Shown: positions 37,387-49,829, numbered from the whole stretch's first letter. The stretch is DNA of 60,019 nt, filler included, from Catajapyx aquilonaris (GCA_000934665.2; 3 parts of 3 records of this genome joined end to end with filler, not necessarily neighbours in it); one strand, 5' to 3'. Made by a program: numbers and translations. The notes: generated from the sequence alone by a model not told the origin.

Positions 37387-39824
37387 CTTCGTAGTTCGCA
37401 CGTTTAGGTGATTTTTTTTAAAAATATTATTTTTATTTATGCAGTTTTACATCCTGAACAATTGTGTTGGATGATGATAAGTCAACCCGAATAAATAATT
37501 TATCCAAAAATAATAATTTTTTGCCATTTTAATGTACGATTTGTCGATTTCCGATCCATTTGCCATTTTCGAATCGGATGCAATTTTTTGATACCAATAT
37601 AACATGCTACAAATCCGTTAATAAAAATTTGTTGATTATATGCCCTTTCGATTTTCGATCGCCTGTGCCACCGATTTTCGACATTAAATTTTTGTCATTT
37701 TTTTGGTACTGTACCAACCTATTGGCGAATATCAACTCTTGCGTCACCAATTTCAGTCATAGTCGGTTGTTATGAAAGGGGGGGGAAAGTTCACATCGGC
37801 GCATTTGGAGCCCAATCCCCGTTGCCGACTTTCCCTTGGGAAGCAAGCTCCTCCCTCCTCCTCCCCATTCCCCTCTCCTCCTCCCCGCTGCTTAATGACT
37901 GCGAAATCAATTCATTTACGGACAGGCGGCCCCGACAATCTCACCAAATAATATCGACCTTCCGCCCAATGTGATCATTACCGCCTCGATTTCCGATGCC
38001 GGAAGACCGGTACTTCACTTTTACTGCAGATTTTTCATCCTTTCAAAAGAAGAAGAAGAAAAAAAAAACTTCCCCTACTAGGTCCTGAGGGACAGTTTTT
38101 TGTGGGGGAAAACAGGACATAGGAATCACAAGTGGTCATTAGGCCAGCTGTTTTTCAGGATCCGCCATTTTTTATTCGGGTACTATTGGGCCATAGTCCG
38201 AGGCTATCAAAACATATGGGGAACTGTATATTTGCAACTGAATCCGATAAAAAAGAAATACAACTGAGTCCCCCTAGTGTCCCAAGAGGTTTGGAGGTTT
38301 TGAAAGCCGTGGTTAAATGGGAGGGCTTTGGAACCATTTCGACTCTTGAGCATCGGAAATTCGGTGCTTAACTTTGGTTTATTTCATTTGGCACGTGCAG
38401 TACCGTTTGGAAATGTAGCATTGTTGGGTAGTCCTCTGGTGTGGAAACAATTTAGAACGCTTCAACAAACCTCCTCATTATTTATCTTCGTCTCATGCAT
38501 AAAAATCCAGGGGGGGGGGGGGGNGTTCTTTCTGTGTTCCTATGACTTGTTTGCAAGTTTTAATGAGCATGAGTTCAATATACAGATTCAACAACCCTCT
38601 CAATTATAAGACCCTTCTACTTCACTTCCATATGATTCACGCCATATTTTTTTGGAAATAATTTTGGAGGCCACTTTCACTTGGTGTTCTCATTAGGGGT
38701 CGATTCGGATTGATCGGAGGTAACCAATCGATGACATTAATCAAGTGAAAATTAGGGTGTTGCATGTGGGTGGTTTTCGTGTGCTCCAAATTGGGAAGTG
38801 CTATAGTTAGAGTGCTTTATTTTAGCAGGGGTAATGGCGCCACCTGTATGGTTTTAATGAGAAAAGTTTCATTTTCACTAAATTAGTGGCAACCCCTGGA
38901 TGATCATTAGCTAGTTACGTAATGAATGCATGGGAAAACTATTTTGAGATTTAAATTTTCATGTTGGGAATTTAGGCGACGGTCTGTCCACGGTCACTCA
39001 TCACCAATGGGCACGTAGTACTACTTTTCCACTGAGGGCGGCAGCAGTGTGCAGAGAGGGAGCATGTGCGCCACCTGGTAGTGGGCAGTGTTGCCAAGTT
39101 TTGACAACGAGTTCACTCTTGTTGTCAAAGAAAATTAATAATAATAATAAATGTGCTGAACAATCAACTTTGTAATATGATGTATCGTCTAAGGTCACGT
39201 AACTCGTGCTGTAACCCTGTTGTTGCCAATGGTAGCAGTGGATGGTCATCCAACTTTAACCCATCACGATTCCTCTTCCGTACACGTGAACACAAGACAG
39301 GTTAGCGTGACATTGTCAGGACACATGCGCCCTATGACAAAATCTTGAGCAGTATTCACGAAAAAGAGAACAACTAGTTCGTAATAATACAGCACCTGGT
39401 ATCGTCCGGAAATTGCGATTCACTCGATGGTAATTGGACACCCAGATATTGTCGCAAAAATTTCTGCTTGGTTTAGACGCCACCAGATTATCATCGCTCT
39501 CAATTACCTGGCCTCCCGGAATTATTCAACAGACCCTCACCTGGTGTCAGCAGGTCCAAAATAGCACACCAAAATCGATAGCCTGATACTTACGCCTAAG
39601 TGGAGCTAACGAGTGACGTTGGTGAGTATTATTCGCAGATGTTTGTAATTGGTTTAGCCTATGCAGTACTAGTTGGCAGATCTGCGTACTGAAGGTGCTC
39701 TACTATCGGTATTGTTAAACCATTAGCACTCTAGCAAGGGGAATGTACTGCCACATGAGAGAACTTCACTATAGTACATCAAACGTGCAAATTCGAAGAA
39801 AAATATTAAATTGCAGGTGAAATG

Positions 39825-39923
39825 NNNNNNNNNNNNNNNNNNNNNNNNNNNNNNNNNNNNNNNNNNNNTTAATTAATTAANNNNNNNNNNNNNNNNNNNN
39901 NNNNNNNNNNNNNNNNNNNNNNN
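39825..39923. other. Assembly gap with TTAATTAATTAA linker
   Basis: N runs plus linker. Confidence 0.95.
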
Positions 39924-40232
39924 NCCCCCGGTCAGACGGCCATCAAGGTCGCCAGAGCCTCTCGTCTCTTGAGTCACTTCCAAAATGGAAAATTGGAACA
40001 TTTCATTACCAAAAATGACAGTAAGGGAGAATTTCAAAGTTGCAGTTGCTGCTTAAAAGAGAGCATTATGAAGCTTCAGAAGAAGAAAAAAAAAATCAAA
40101 CTGCAGATATAATTACTGTGGGTCATGTGACGATGAGAACTTGGAAAATTTCTTAAGTGGCCCATAACTGTATGGTTTACCCTATCTGATTTTCTTTACT
40201 TCATGTTCTCTTCTGCCCACATCTCATAGAAA

Positions 40233-41226
40233 CAGTGGCGTAGCGAGGGAGCGCCCGGGGCGGATCTACTAATTTGCCACCCCTACAATTACCATTTAAT
40301 TTTATTAATTGCTGGCAACTGATACTATTGGGAAAAGGTCAATAAAAGGGGTCATATGTTTATTTCATCTCCGCGACAATTTTACTTTCCTTGCTTTTTG
40401 GACAGCAAAATCACTAATCACACTGTCAGAATCAATATTTTGATTAGTCAATTCTTGCTCATTTGACAATATGTAGCCAAGTTACCCAACTTCCAAGTGC
40501 TCATAGTGGAACGTAGATTTTTTAAAATTAATTTTAGGTTCAAAAAGCTCCTCATACAGCTGGCAACACTAATATTCCGACTTTTAGAAAAATCTGCAAC
40601 ATTATGACAATATTATTTTTGGGGGCAAAATGCCCCTTATTTGTTGCCAAATACAGTAAGACTCTGGTAAGTGGAGAAAATATTTCCCTCCTGAATTTGT
40701 CGTCGTAGGGTAAGTTGTTCCTAGATCGCCAGCGAGGTCCCATAAGCCATAACGATGCATAGTTCTTCACACAGTCCTTTAGCATACCTTTAATAGCTCC
40801 ACCGTTCACTAAACCACCCCTTGTATACATTAACAATGCCTCAATGCCTAAACAATGATCACTCATCTTCCGAGCACATTGTTGTACTGTACATCATGCA
40901 ATCCTTTACTTTGTAAATAAGTCTGGGCATCGTTAATTTCGCCAAGAACAGAATCCTATAAACCCAAAAAGCACAGAAACGGAAACGATTGCAAACCACT
41001 GAGCAAAACTCCTATTTCTGACCACATCGTAGCATTTTCATCTGAATTTGTCATCATTCTAGTGCATAATCGTTGGGTGCTTATAAATTAAGTTAATTGG
41101 AAAACATCATAATATTTGTAGAATCACTAAAATAATCGCGTTCCCTGTTGCTGCAGTACCCCAAAAATTTCCGCCCCCTTCAACTTGCCACCCTGGGTGG
41201 CCAGCCCCCGCCTCGCTACGCCACGG
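40233..41226 (-). mobile_element. hAT deletion derivative with relic transposase dimerisation domain
   Basis: TIR CAGTGGCGTAGCGAGG / CCTCGCTACGCCACGG; perfect 8-bp TSD catagaaa; empty site in the paralogue near 52958. The minus strand near 40380-40555 encodes decayed ..LKLI.KNLRSTMS..KLGNLA..IDSDSVISDFAVQKARKVKL. Confidence 0.92.
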
Positions 41227-41319
41227 CATAGAAATGTCCCGCCTCTTCAGCTGCCATGATTAGGTTATTACTACACTTGACATGATTACATGACCTTCAC
41301 TCTTGTGTTTTGCAGGACC

Positions 41320-41601
41320 ATGTCTTTGATCCTGAGGATAAAGAAGGAGGAGGAAGTGAAGGAGGAAGTGAAAGAGGAAGTGGAGGAGGCGGACATCACA
41401 GTGGATGAGGAGAGTTGGATGCTGCGGCTGAAGGAGGAGACCCCTTGTTCCTTTGATGGTGGCTCTACTCTCATAGAAGACACTCTCCTCGAGATCAAGA
41501 AGGAAGAAGCAGAGGAGGAGGAGGAGATGGTGGTGGACATGTCTGGGGAGGTTGATGATGAAGATGACCCTTTGGCAGTTGGTTCAGGAAGGAATAGTGG
41601 G
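41320..41601 (+). CDS. C2H2 zinc-finger gene A, coding exon 1 (acidic, psi-KxE/DPL N-terminus)
   Basis: Acceptor tttgcag at 41315; MSLILRIKKEEEVKEEVKEEVEEADITVDEESW...DDPLAVGSGRNSG|GTAAGT, phase 0; paralogous to 53047 and 57038. Confidence 0.88.
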
Positions 41602-42170
41602 GTAAGTGCTGTGATGGAAAGGCGATATAATATGATACAAAGAGTCACACCAAATCATCAATAATTCAAATCAAACACCCAGGCCCAGTTGTTTCAATGG
41701 GGATACCCAGTACCTACACTGCTGCCGTATTTACTCAACCACTAGTAGATGCAAATGATTCGGCTGCAGTGCAGATATGCCTCAGAGTCGATTCATTTCT
41801 AGTGTCAGAAGCCGGCCTTGTGAGTAGTTTGGCAACGTCGATGGGAAGGGTGGTGGATAGCTCTCTGAATCTTGCCAGGTGAATACACGTGAAAGTATGA
41901 TCAAGCATCTAGTGGAGTGTAGGGAGGCACAATAGTGTAACGCCAGATGGGCTGTTATTCTGGACGTTACTCGAGTTCCCCAGTTTAATAGGGTTCCTGC
42001 CCTATGCTCAGGGGGAAGGTGGGAACACATTGTTACTGCCGGATGGGGAGGCGAGCTTGCGATAAGGCAACCCATATCATGTGCCTCTCTGAGCCATGAC
42101 TATACTGCTTCGTCTTGATACATCCTTATGATCTGTTTTTATCAAATTAACAGGTTTTTTTGTAAGACCG

Positions 42171-42227
<57 letters not shown>

Positions 42228-43695
42228 TGTTAATCGTCAATATAGCGCTCCCGCATATAACTCAATCCCACTTTAAGCGCCCAGGGAAACCATGCAGGAT
42301 ATGCGGGAGCGTTATATCGAAGTTTTACTGCATTATTATTACACTGCAGATATAAGAGACTTCAAGGTACCCTGGAAATCAGTCTCTACCCAGGGTCTCT
42401 TATATCCAAAACATCATTTTTGCTAGGATTCACAAAGTGTGCCTATTGCATTCCTTTAACACAGACTACCTTATCCTTGTAGCCGGCGGAAGATGGTGTC
42501 GTACGAACAAGTCAGACAAAGCACTTGAGCATGTGATTTTTCTGGTGAATTCTGCTTGTTTTGCTTGTGAATATTCCTTTCCGATTTATAGACTATTTGC
42601 AAAAAAATTCTCAAAGTGTGTGTCTGTAAATCACAGACACGGCAGGCAGAGGGTTAATAATTTTTTAATTAACACAAGGTGTCTATATATGAGAGTTCTA
42701 CATTATTCAGGCACATGGGATTATGCAGCCTAATGTGTGTTAATACTGTATATTCAGTATGCATACCATTTCTCTCCAAAGACTGAGTACACCAGGTGAC
42801 GATAAATGCTGGAATTGACCTCCCACATCTATAATATTAAAATGCTAGCGGAGCGCGGCCGAGCCCTCTGATTGGTCCGCCCCCGTATTGTTGCCGCCAC
42901 CTCCCCATTGGCCCCCGTTCTAATCATGCGCAATGGAGGGTACACAACTCCTCTGTTGAGTTGCCTGGGAAACTGTCCATTCGTTCTCTGTCGGCCGAAG
43001 GGGTCACATCGCCCCTCTCCCCACTGCCACCTCCAGCCCATCGATTCCTCTCCCGCCATCCACGCCTCCATCCCCCCTGCCCATCAACTCCTCCATCCGC
43101 CCCCCAGCAGTCACTCCCTCCCCCACACCCCATCTTCCTCAGGCTCCCTCCTCCCTCAGACCAATTCCCCCCACCACCACCTGCCACCTACCCCAGNCCA
43201 CCCACCCTCCCTAAAAAAAAAGCATTCGACATAAACAAAAGACGCACACACTTTTAAAAAAAAAGAAACAGCACGTCCCCAGCGTGTCCCCAGGGCAACA
43301 AATAACGATCGATCGAAGTCAACAGACCGAGACCCATAATTTCTACATTTTAAAATAATAAACAAACAAAAACCATCCCAGCAACTTACCAGGGCAACAC
43401 ACAGCAGGTGGCCATCCAAATCAACAACAAACTGTTCGAAATCCAATCAGTCCGAGTCCAACTGCCAAGGCGAACAGGTCGCTCTTGGTTAGGTCTCTCC
43501 GTACGAACATATATATAACAGTACGCCTGTACGGGCGGGGGTGCAGGTCTGTGTCCAGGTTGGGGCCGACTCAGGTCAGCTGCCAATAGACACTGTCCCC
43601 ATACACTCTTCCCTCACCCCTCCGGTTGCTTGCTTGCCCTCTGACTTCCTCGGGCTTTCGTTGGTTGTTCCATTGTGTTTTGATCACGCAATAGT

Positions 43696-43990
43696 CACTA
43701 TTGTTGGGTTAGTGTTCCATAGCAATTTTTTTCGTACAGGTTATTGTTAAAAGTGTACACAGTTTGGTAGTGTTCGATTGTAATTTGGTCACGGCATTGT
43801 TCTAAATTTTCACTATTGTTGGGCTGGTTTTCCATTGCTGTTTTTTTTTGTTCAGGTCATTGTTAAAAGTGGTCAGAGTTTGGTAGTGTTCGATTGTAAT
43901 TTCGTCACGACATTTTCTTCTAAATAATCACTATTGTTGGGCTGGTTTTCCATTGCTGCTTTTTTGTTCAGGTTATTGTTGCTGCACAGT
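43696..43990 (+). repeat. ~116-bp tandem repeat (about 2.5 copies) in the Helitron 5' region
   Basis: Units begin cactattgttggg at 43696, 43811 and 43929. Confidence 0.9.
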
Positions 43991-44015
43991 TTTGTGTCAT
44001 CTTTCGTGTTTTGAG

Positions 44016-47000
44016 ATGGATGCTCCTCAAAGTCCACACTCATTATCCATGACTCCACGTGCAATTGCACATCGAAGACAACGAGCTGCAGAAACTCAAG
44101 AGCAGCGGCAAACTAGGTTAACCGCTAAGCGACCCCGTGATGAATTGCGTAGAAGGAGTGAGACAGAAGACGAACGTCAGTCTCGATTGCAACACAAAAA
44201 GCAAAAACGAACAGCACCAACTCCTCTCTTCTGTGCTGCTATTTCAGGCACTCAGAATGCCCATGAACCTCTTCTTCATAACTTGGGCGACATGAGTAAA
44301 ATTTGTGTGCATTGTTCGGCATTGCATTTTCCTGCCGAAAAAGGCTACCTGTTGCATAACTGCTGCCACCAAGGCAAGGCTTTGGCGCCCCCTCTGTCAC
44401 CGTACCCACCCGAACTACGTGTCCTCCTAACAGGGGACAGTCGGGATTCAGGTAACTTCAGAACTTTCATTCGGCAGTACAACAATGCCAACGCCTTTGC
44501 CAGTTTTGGGGCTAAAATTCCAGACATCCCAGGTAATGGCCCGTACTGTTTCAAAGTCAGCGGTGAGGTTCACCACTTGGCAACGTCCGCCTTGGTCCAG
44601 GATCCTCAACCGAATCAGGGCATGACGCCACGATATGGCCAGCTCTTTGTGTATGACTCTGACGCTGCTGTTCGATATCGTATGCACATGCAACAGAACT
44701 CTGGTTGCCACGAGTCCATCATGCGCCTGATTGACGAGGTATTGCGCTGTGTTAATCCATACGCCAGTCATTACAAGAAGCTGGATGAAGCAGTCAGGCA
44801 AGAGCAAGACCGACACCCTCACTCTACTCAGGGGCCAATTCAGTACCAGTTGCTTTTTGTGCGAAACGCCCGAGACGACCAGAGGCGATACAACGCTCCC
44901 ATTACCAACTCAGAGTGCATGTACCTCATCGAGGGCGGGAGTGGCGATGTGCCTGCTTTCGACCTCGCAGTGCACCCAAAGCATCAGGTCGGATGCAAGA
45001 GGTTGAATTACTGTAGCAGGCATGTTGACCCAATGGTCTTCACCATACTCTTCCCATCCGGTGACTCAGGTTGGACCATCAAAGCCCAAAACGCGATTCC
45101 CAACGGAAAGCCTTTGACACCGTTGCAGTTCTATTCGAGTCGCCTGGCGGTGCGGGAGGATTCAACCCTCTGCATCACGGTGGAAAACTTTTCCAACAGT
45201 TCATTGTCCACTCTTATTGCACCGTAGAATCCACCCGACTGCAGTACTTGCGAGACAATCAAAAGGATCTTCGAGTGGAGTGCTACAAGGGCCTCATTGA
45301 CCACTTGACTGACGCAGCTGCTAACGGCAACCTCCGGCCTGGTAATGTCGTCATTCTTCCTTCTTCATTTGTTGGCGGACCGCGTTACATGCGTCAAAAA
45401 TATCATGACGCAATGACGATTGTCAGGAAGTTTGGTCGACCTGATCTATTCATAACTTTCACATGCAATCCAAAGTGGAAAGACATCACTGACCAGCTAG
45501 AAGCGTATCAAGATGCCAGTGCTCGGCCCGATATAGTATCACGTGTCTTTCAATTGAAGGTGGAGAAGTTTATGCATCTTATGACCAAAGATAACATTTT
45601 TGGCAAAGTGCAGGCTTTTGTGTACGTGATTGAGTTTCAAAAGCGCGGTCTTCCACATCATCATTCACTTTTCTGGCTTCAGGAGGAGTACCATTTACGC
45701 ACACCCGAGGGAGTTGATCGCGTGATCAGTGCGGAAATTCCTGATGAAAGTTCAAATCCACGCCTTTACAACATCATTATGACCAACAACATCCACGGGC
45801 CATGCGGCGAACTCAACCCTCGCTGCGTGTGCATGGAAAACGGAAAGTGCAAGAAGCACTTCCCTAAAACTTTCCAAGACTCCACCGACACCAGCGGGGA
45901 TGGCTACCCCAAGTACCGCCGTACAGATAACACGAACCAAGTCCACGTGGTCCGTGGCCGTTGTGTCAACAACGGCTGGGTCGTCCCCTACAACCCCTTC
46001 CTTACCCTCATGTTCGAAGCCCACATCAATGTTGAGATGTGCCACACCATCTTGGCAATCAAGTACTTATGCAAGTACTTCACTAAGGGGCACGACAGAG
46101 CGCGAGTTGCGTTGAAGGAAAATGACAGCGTCCTCTCTTTGAATGAAATCAATCACTTTGTCGACACCAGGTGTGTCACCCCACCGGAGGCTGCTTGGCG
46201 ATTGGAAGAAAACCGTTTGCATCACCAATCCCACACAATCCTTCAGCTTGCCGTGCATCTGAAAGACGCTCAGCGCATATTCTTTGAGGAGGGCCAGGAG
46301 GAGGAGCGCTTGCGCCTGGAGAGCACCATGCACACCACTCTCACTGCTTGGTTCCTCCTCAACTCGAATGATCCCACGGCAAGCAACACTCTTTATCACG
46401 ACATTCCCACGGGGTACGTGTTCGGCAGGGATTGTGGTTGGCGCAAGAGACAGCGAGGTGGGGAAGCCGTCATTGGTAGGGTTGGCACAGTTTCTCCACG
46501 CAATGTCGAGCTCTTCCATTTGCGACTGATGCTGTTGAATGTTCCTGGGGCTACTTCTTTCGAGTCTTTGCTCACTGTCAACGGCGTGGTGTTCTCTTCT
46601 TATCGCGAGGCTGCCTTGGCCAGTGGTTTAATTCTGGATGACGGCGAATGGCGGAAATGCTTGGAGGAAGCGTCCGTGTACATGATGCCCCGCCAACTTC
46701 GTTCACTCTTTTCGGTGCTCCTTATGCATTGCCAGGTGGCCAATGCTGGCCAGCTGTGGGAACAGTTTTGCACAGGAATGACCGAAGACTTCAGGCATGC
46801 TGGTCACGACAACCATTCCGCTGCAACACTCGCTTTGTGGGAAATTCAGGCTCAACTCGAAGCTGGTGGTCTCACTTGCGATGCGGTAGGTCTTCCTCAG
46901 CCGGAAGCAATGGCCGACCACGTCCACTTCGTTGGCCATGCTCCAGCAGATGCAGACCAGGACACTGTTACATTAAGTCAATTGAATGAGGCCCAGCGCT

Positions 47001-48382
47001 CAGCAGCAGAGGACATCATTGGAGCTCTAAACACCGGGTCTCGCAATCGTTGTTTTTTTATCGACGGCCCAGGTGGAACTGGCAAGACGTTCCTCTACAA
47101 AGCTTTAATCAATCACTTTGAAAACCAAGAAAAAACTGTCCTGGCTGTGGCGTTCACTGGTATTGCGGCGATATTGCTTCCTGGTGGAAAAACCTGCCAC
47201 ACTGCTTTTCGGCTACCACTGAACCTCCGTGAAGATTCCAACTGCTCCTTAACTTCAAAGCAGAAACTTTACATGACCTCTGTTGACGTCATCATCTGGG
47301 ACGAGGCTCCAATGGCGCCGAAGGAAGCTCTCGAGGCAGTCGACCGCATGCTTCGAGACGTTTCCAAGAAGGACAGTGTGCCTTTTGGAGGGAAACTCAT
47401 GATCCTCGGGGGCGATTTCAGGCAGGTCTTGCCAGTCCTACCAAATGGGTCGCGTGCTCAGATTGTTCAAAAGTGTTTGAAATGGAGTCCACTGTGGACT
47501 CATTTCCAGCAAAAACATCTGAGTGTAAACATGCGAGCCAGACCCGATGAAATTTCTTACTCCCAATGGTTGCTCCAGTTAGCCGCTGGAACCCTACCAC
47601 CCGTTGAAAACCCCAAAACAGAGTCCTCCGTTGTCATTCCCGAGGAATGTGTCAGCAAAGATGTAGTCAGAGACTTATTCGGGCATGTATTTCTTTGGGA
47701 TGATGCTCGAATGCACGAACGTGTCGTGTTGTGTCCAACCAACGAAGACGCCAGGCTCATCAATGAGCAGGTTATTCAGAAATTGGGAGGCCAACTGGTC
47801 ACTTACAAGAGCATCGATGTGGTGGGAGCCACCGAGGGAGAAGACCAAGATATGCTCGATCAAATGTATCCCGTTGAATTTCTCAACAGCGTAAATCCGA
47901 ATGGACTCCCACCACATCACTTAAATTTGAAAAGAGGCGCTGTTGTCATGCTAATTAGAAATCTGTGCATTGGTCTAGGTCTTTGCAATGGGACAAGGCT
48001 CGCCATAATTGACATGCAGTCCAAAGTCATCAAATGCAAAATTATTTCTGGCGTGTTCAAAGGAACAGAACACTTCATTCCACGCATTACTCTCAGCACG
48101 GCAGATGATGTGAACGTCCCATTCAATCTGTGTCGAAGGCAATTCCCACTCAAGTTGGCCTACGCCATGACCATAAACAAGGCGCAGGGACAAACTCTGG
48201 ACAGAGTTGGAGTGTTCCTCAGAACCCCAGTTTTCACCCATGGACAGTTATATGTCGCCTGTTCTCGGGTTCGGTCCATGGATTCTCTCAGAATTCAAGT
48301 CCTTGAGGGTGATCGCCAAGGCAAAGTAGATGGCGACAAGGTAGTGACTGACAATATCACTTTCAAAGAGGTACTACTATAA
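44016..48382 (+). CDS. Helitron RepHel transposase (Zn finger, HUH Rep, PIF1-family helicase), ~1455 aa if one frameshift near 45155 is corrected
   Basis: RAAETQEQRQTRL N-terminal repeat; CVHC..CCHQGK; Rep motifs FITFTCNPKW, IEFQKRGLPHHH, KYLCKYFTKG; helicase motifs GPGGTGKT, IIWDEAPM, GDFRQVLP, FPLKLAYAMTINKAQGQT, HGQLYVACSRV. Confidence 0.95.
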
Positions 48383-48470
48383 ATATATATCAATCTGCAA
48401 ATTGTTTGAGTGATGCGGTAGGAGCCTATAAGCAACTGCGGTTATTACATAACAATGGGGAGGTTTGTAT

Positions 48471-48747
48471 CAGGGTTGGAAAAAACCCGGTTTATTTTTA
48501 AAGAAAAACCCAACCCACACGGGTTTTATTGGGTTTATTGTGTTTTATTGGTGTTTTTTTTTTTGGGGGGGGGGGGGTTGTGTTTTTCTGGCAATTTAAT
48601 GTATCGTATCGTTTCATCATCACTGCATAATGTCCACTTGAAATCTTGAATGCTATTAAATGATGCGCCACTCGGTAGAACCAATGACTGCAAGATGCGT
48701 GGGAATTCCTCACTGACACATACAGTACCCCACCTGTAACAACCCTG
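48471..48747. mobile_element. hAT-type MITE nested in the Helitron 3' region
   Basis: CAGGGTTG...CAACCCTG ends; 8-bp TSD gtttgtat / gtttgtac. Confidence 0.8.
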
Positions 48748-48886
48748 GTTTGTACCCCATATGTTATGGTTTTACGCGAAGTAATAACAGCCGCAGGCTG
48801 CGGCCGAAGGCCTAGAAAAATCGAGCGGAGCGAGTATTTTTCTAGTTGTAAAATTAAAATTGATGTACTGTAACTTGACATTTCAG

Positions 48887-49768
48887 GTTGTGCAAGTGAG
48901 AACTGAAGGCGGAGTAGAAGAGAAAGGCATCCAGGAGGAATGGAACAAGCCAATAAGTTGTGGAAGAAGTCCGTTTGAGTGCAGAATATGCCAGAAATTA
49001 TTTGGCACCATTGATGATATGAACATTCACATGATAACTCACAGTGAAAGACATTGCTGCCAGATTTGCCTGAAAGAATGTTATGATCCACATCATTTGA
49101 AAACTCATATGCTAATTCACATGGGTGGGAAACTATATACTTGTGAGGTGTGCCAGAAAAAATTTAACCTTCCAGGTAATTTGAAAAGTCACATGCGAAT
49201 TCATGAAGGAGAAAACGTACTTACTTATGCTTATTGTGAGGTTTGCCAGAAAAAATTTAGTGTTTCAAGTCATTTGAAAATTCACATGCCAATCCATACA
49301 GGTGAAAAACCATTTATTTGTGAGGGGTGCCAGAAAAAGTTTATCCACTCAAGTAGTTTGAAATCTCACATGCACATTCAAGCAGGAGAAAAATCATTCA
49401 CTTGTGAGGTGTGCCAGAAAAAATTGAATAATTCATATAATTTGAAAAAGCACATGAAAACTCATACAGGAGAAAAACCATTCACTTGTGAGGTGTGCCA
49501 GAAAAAATTTATCCGATCAGGTGAGTTGAAAACTCACATGCGAATTCATACAGGAGACAAACCATTCACTTGTGAGGTGTGCCAAAAAGCATTTCTTAAC
49601 TCACAAGGTTTGAACAGGCACATGCTTATTCATACCGGAGAAAAACCATTCACTTGTGAGGTCTGCCAGAAAAAATTTAGAGAATCAAATAAGTTGAAGG
49701 TTCACTTGCGTATTCATACAAGAGATAAAGCAAATACTTCTGAGGCCTGTCAGAAAAAATGTGATTGA
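48887..49768 (+). CDS. C2H2 zinc-finger gene A, coding exon 2 (9 fingers, one with His to Gln)
   Basis: Acceptor tttcag|GTT, phase 0; CxxC-12-HxxxH repeats with HTGEKPF linkers. Confidence 0.92.
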   Translation, partial: VVQVRTEGGVEEKGIQEEWNKPISCGRSPFECRICQKLFGTIDDMNIHMITHSERHCCQICLKECYDPHHLKTHMLIHMGGKLYTCEVCQKKFNLPGNLKSHMRIHEGENVLTYAYCEVCQKKFSVSSHLKIHMPIHTGEKPFICEGCQKKFIHSSSLKSHMHIQAGEKSFTCEVCQKKLNNSYNLKKHMKTHTGEKPFTCEVCQKKFIRSGELKTHMRIHTGDKPFTCEVCQKAFLNSQGLNRHMLIHTGEKPFTCEVCQKKFRESNKLKVHLRIHTRDKANTSEACQKKCD

Positions 49769-49829
49769 AGTGATGATTTGAAAATGCACACGCAAATGCA
49801 CAAACGACAGAAACCATTTGCCAGAAAAA

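Larger units (their letters stand above)
42828..48845 (+). mobile_element. Full-length autonomous-type Helitron (6018 bp)
   Basis: 5' TC, 3' CTAG, inserted between A and T with no TSD. The paralogous intron (54411-54440) reads gacctcccaca|ttgtaaaattaaaattgat uninterrupted. Encodes RepHel. Confidence 0.97.

Noticed and set aside
20500..39800. Numerous 60-200-aa ORFs in the central interval (e.g. 32929-33552, 32586-32825, 23623-24045)
   Set aside because: No recognisable domains and no chain of phase-compatible exons could be built by eye; small exons cannot be excluded.
41286..41648. Ser-rich minus-strand ORFs (also 52896-53360, 56872-57166) and antisense ORFs inside RepHel
   Set aside because: Shadows of the real plus-strand coding sequences.
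43953..44015. TTG start and N-terminal extension of RepHel given in the ORF track
   Set aside because: Lies in the 5' tandem repeat; the first ATG at 44016 precedes the typical Helitron N-terminal repeat.
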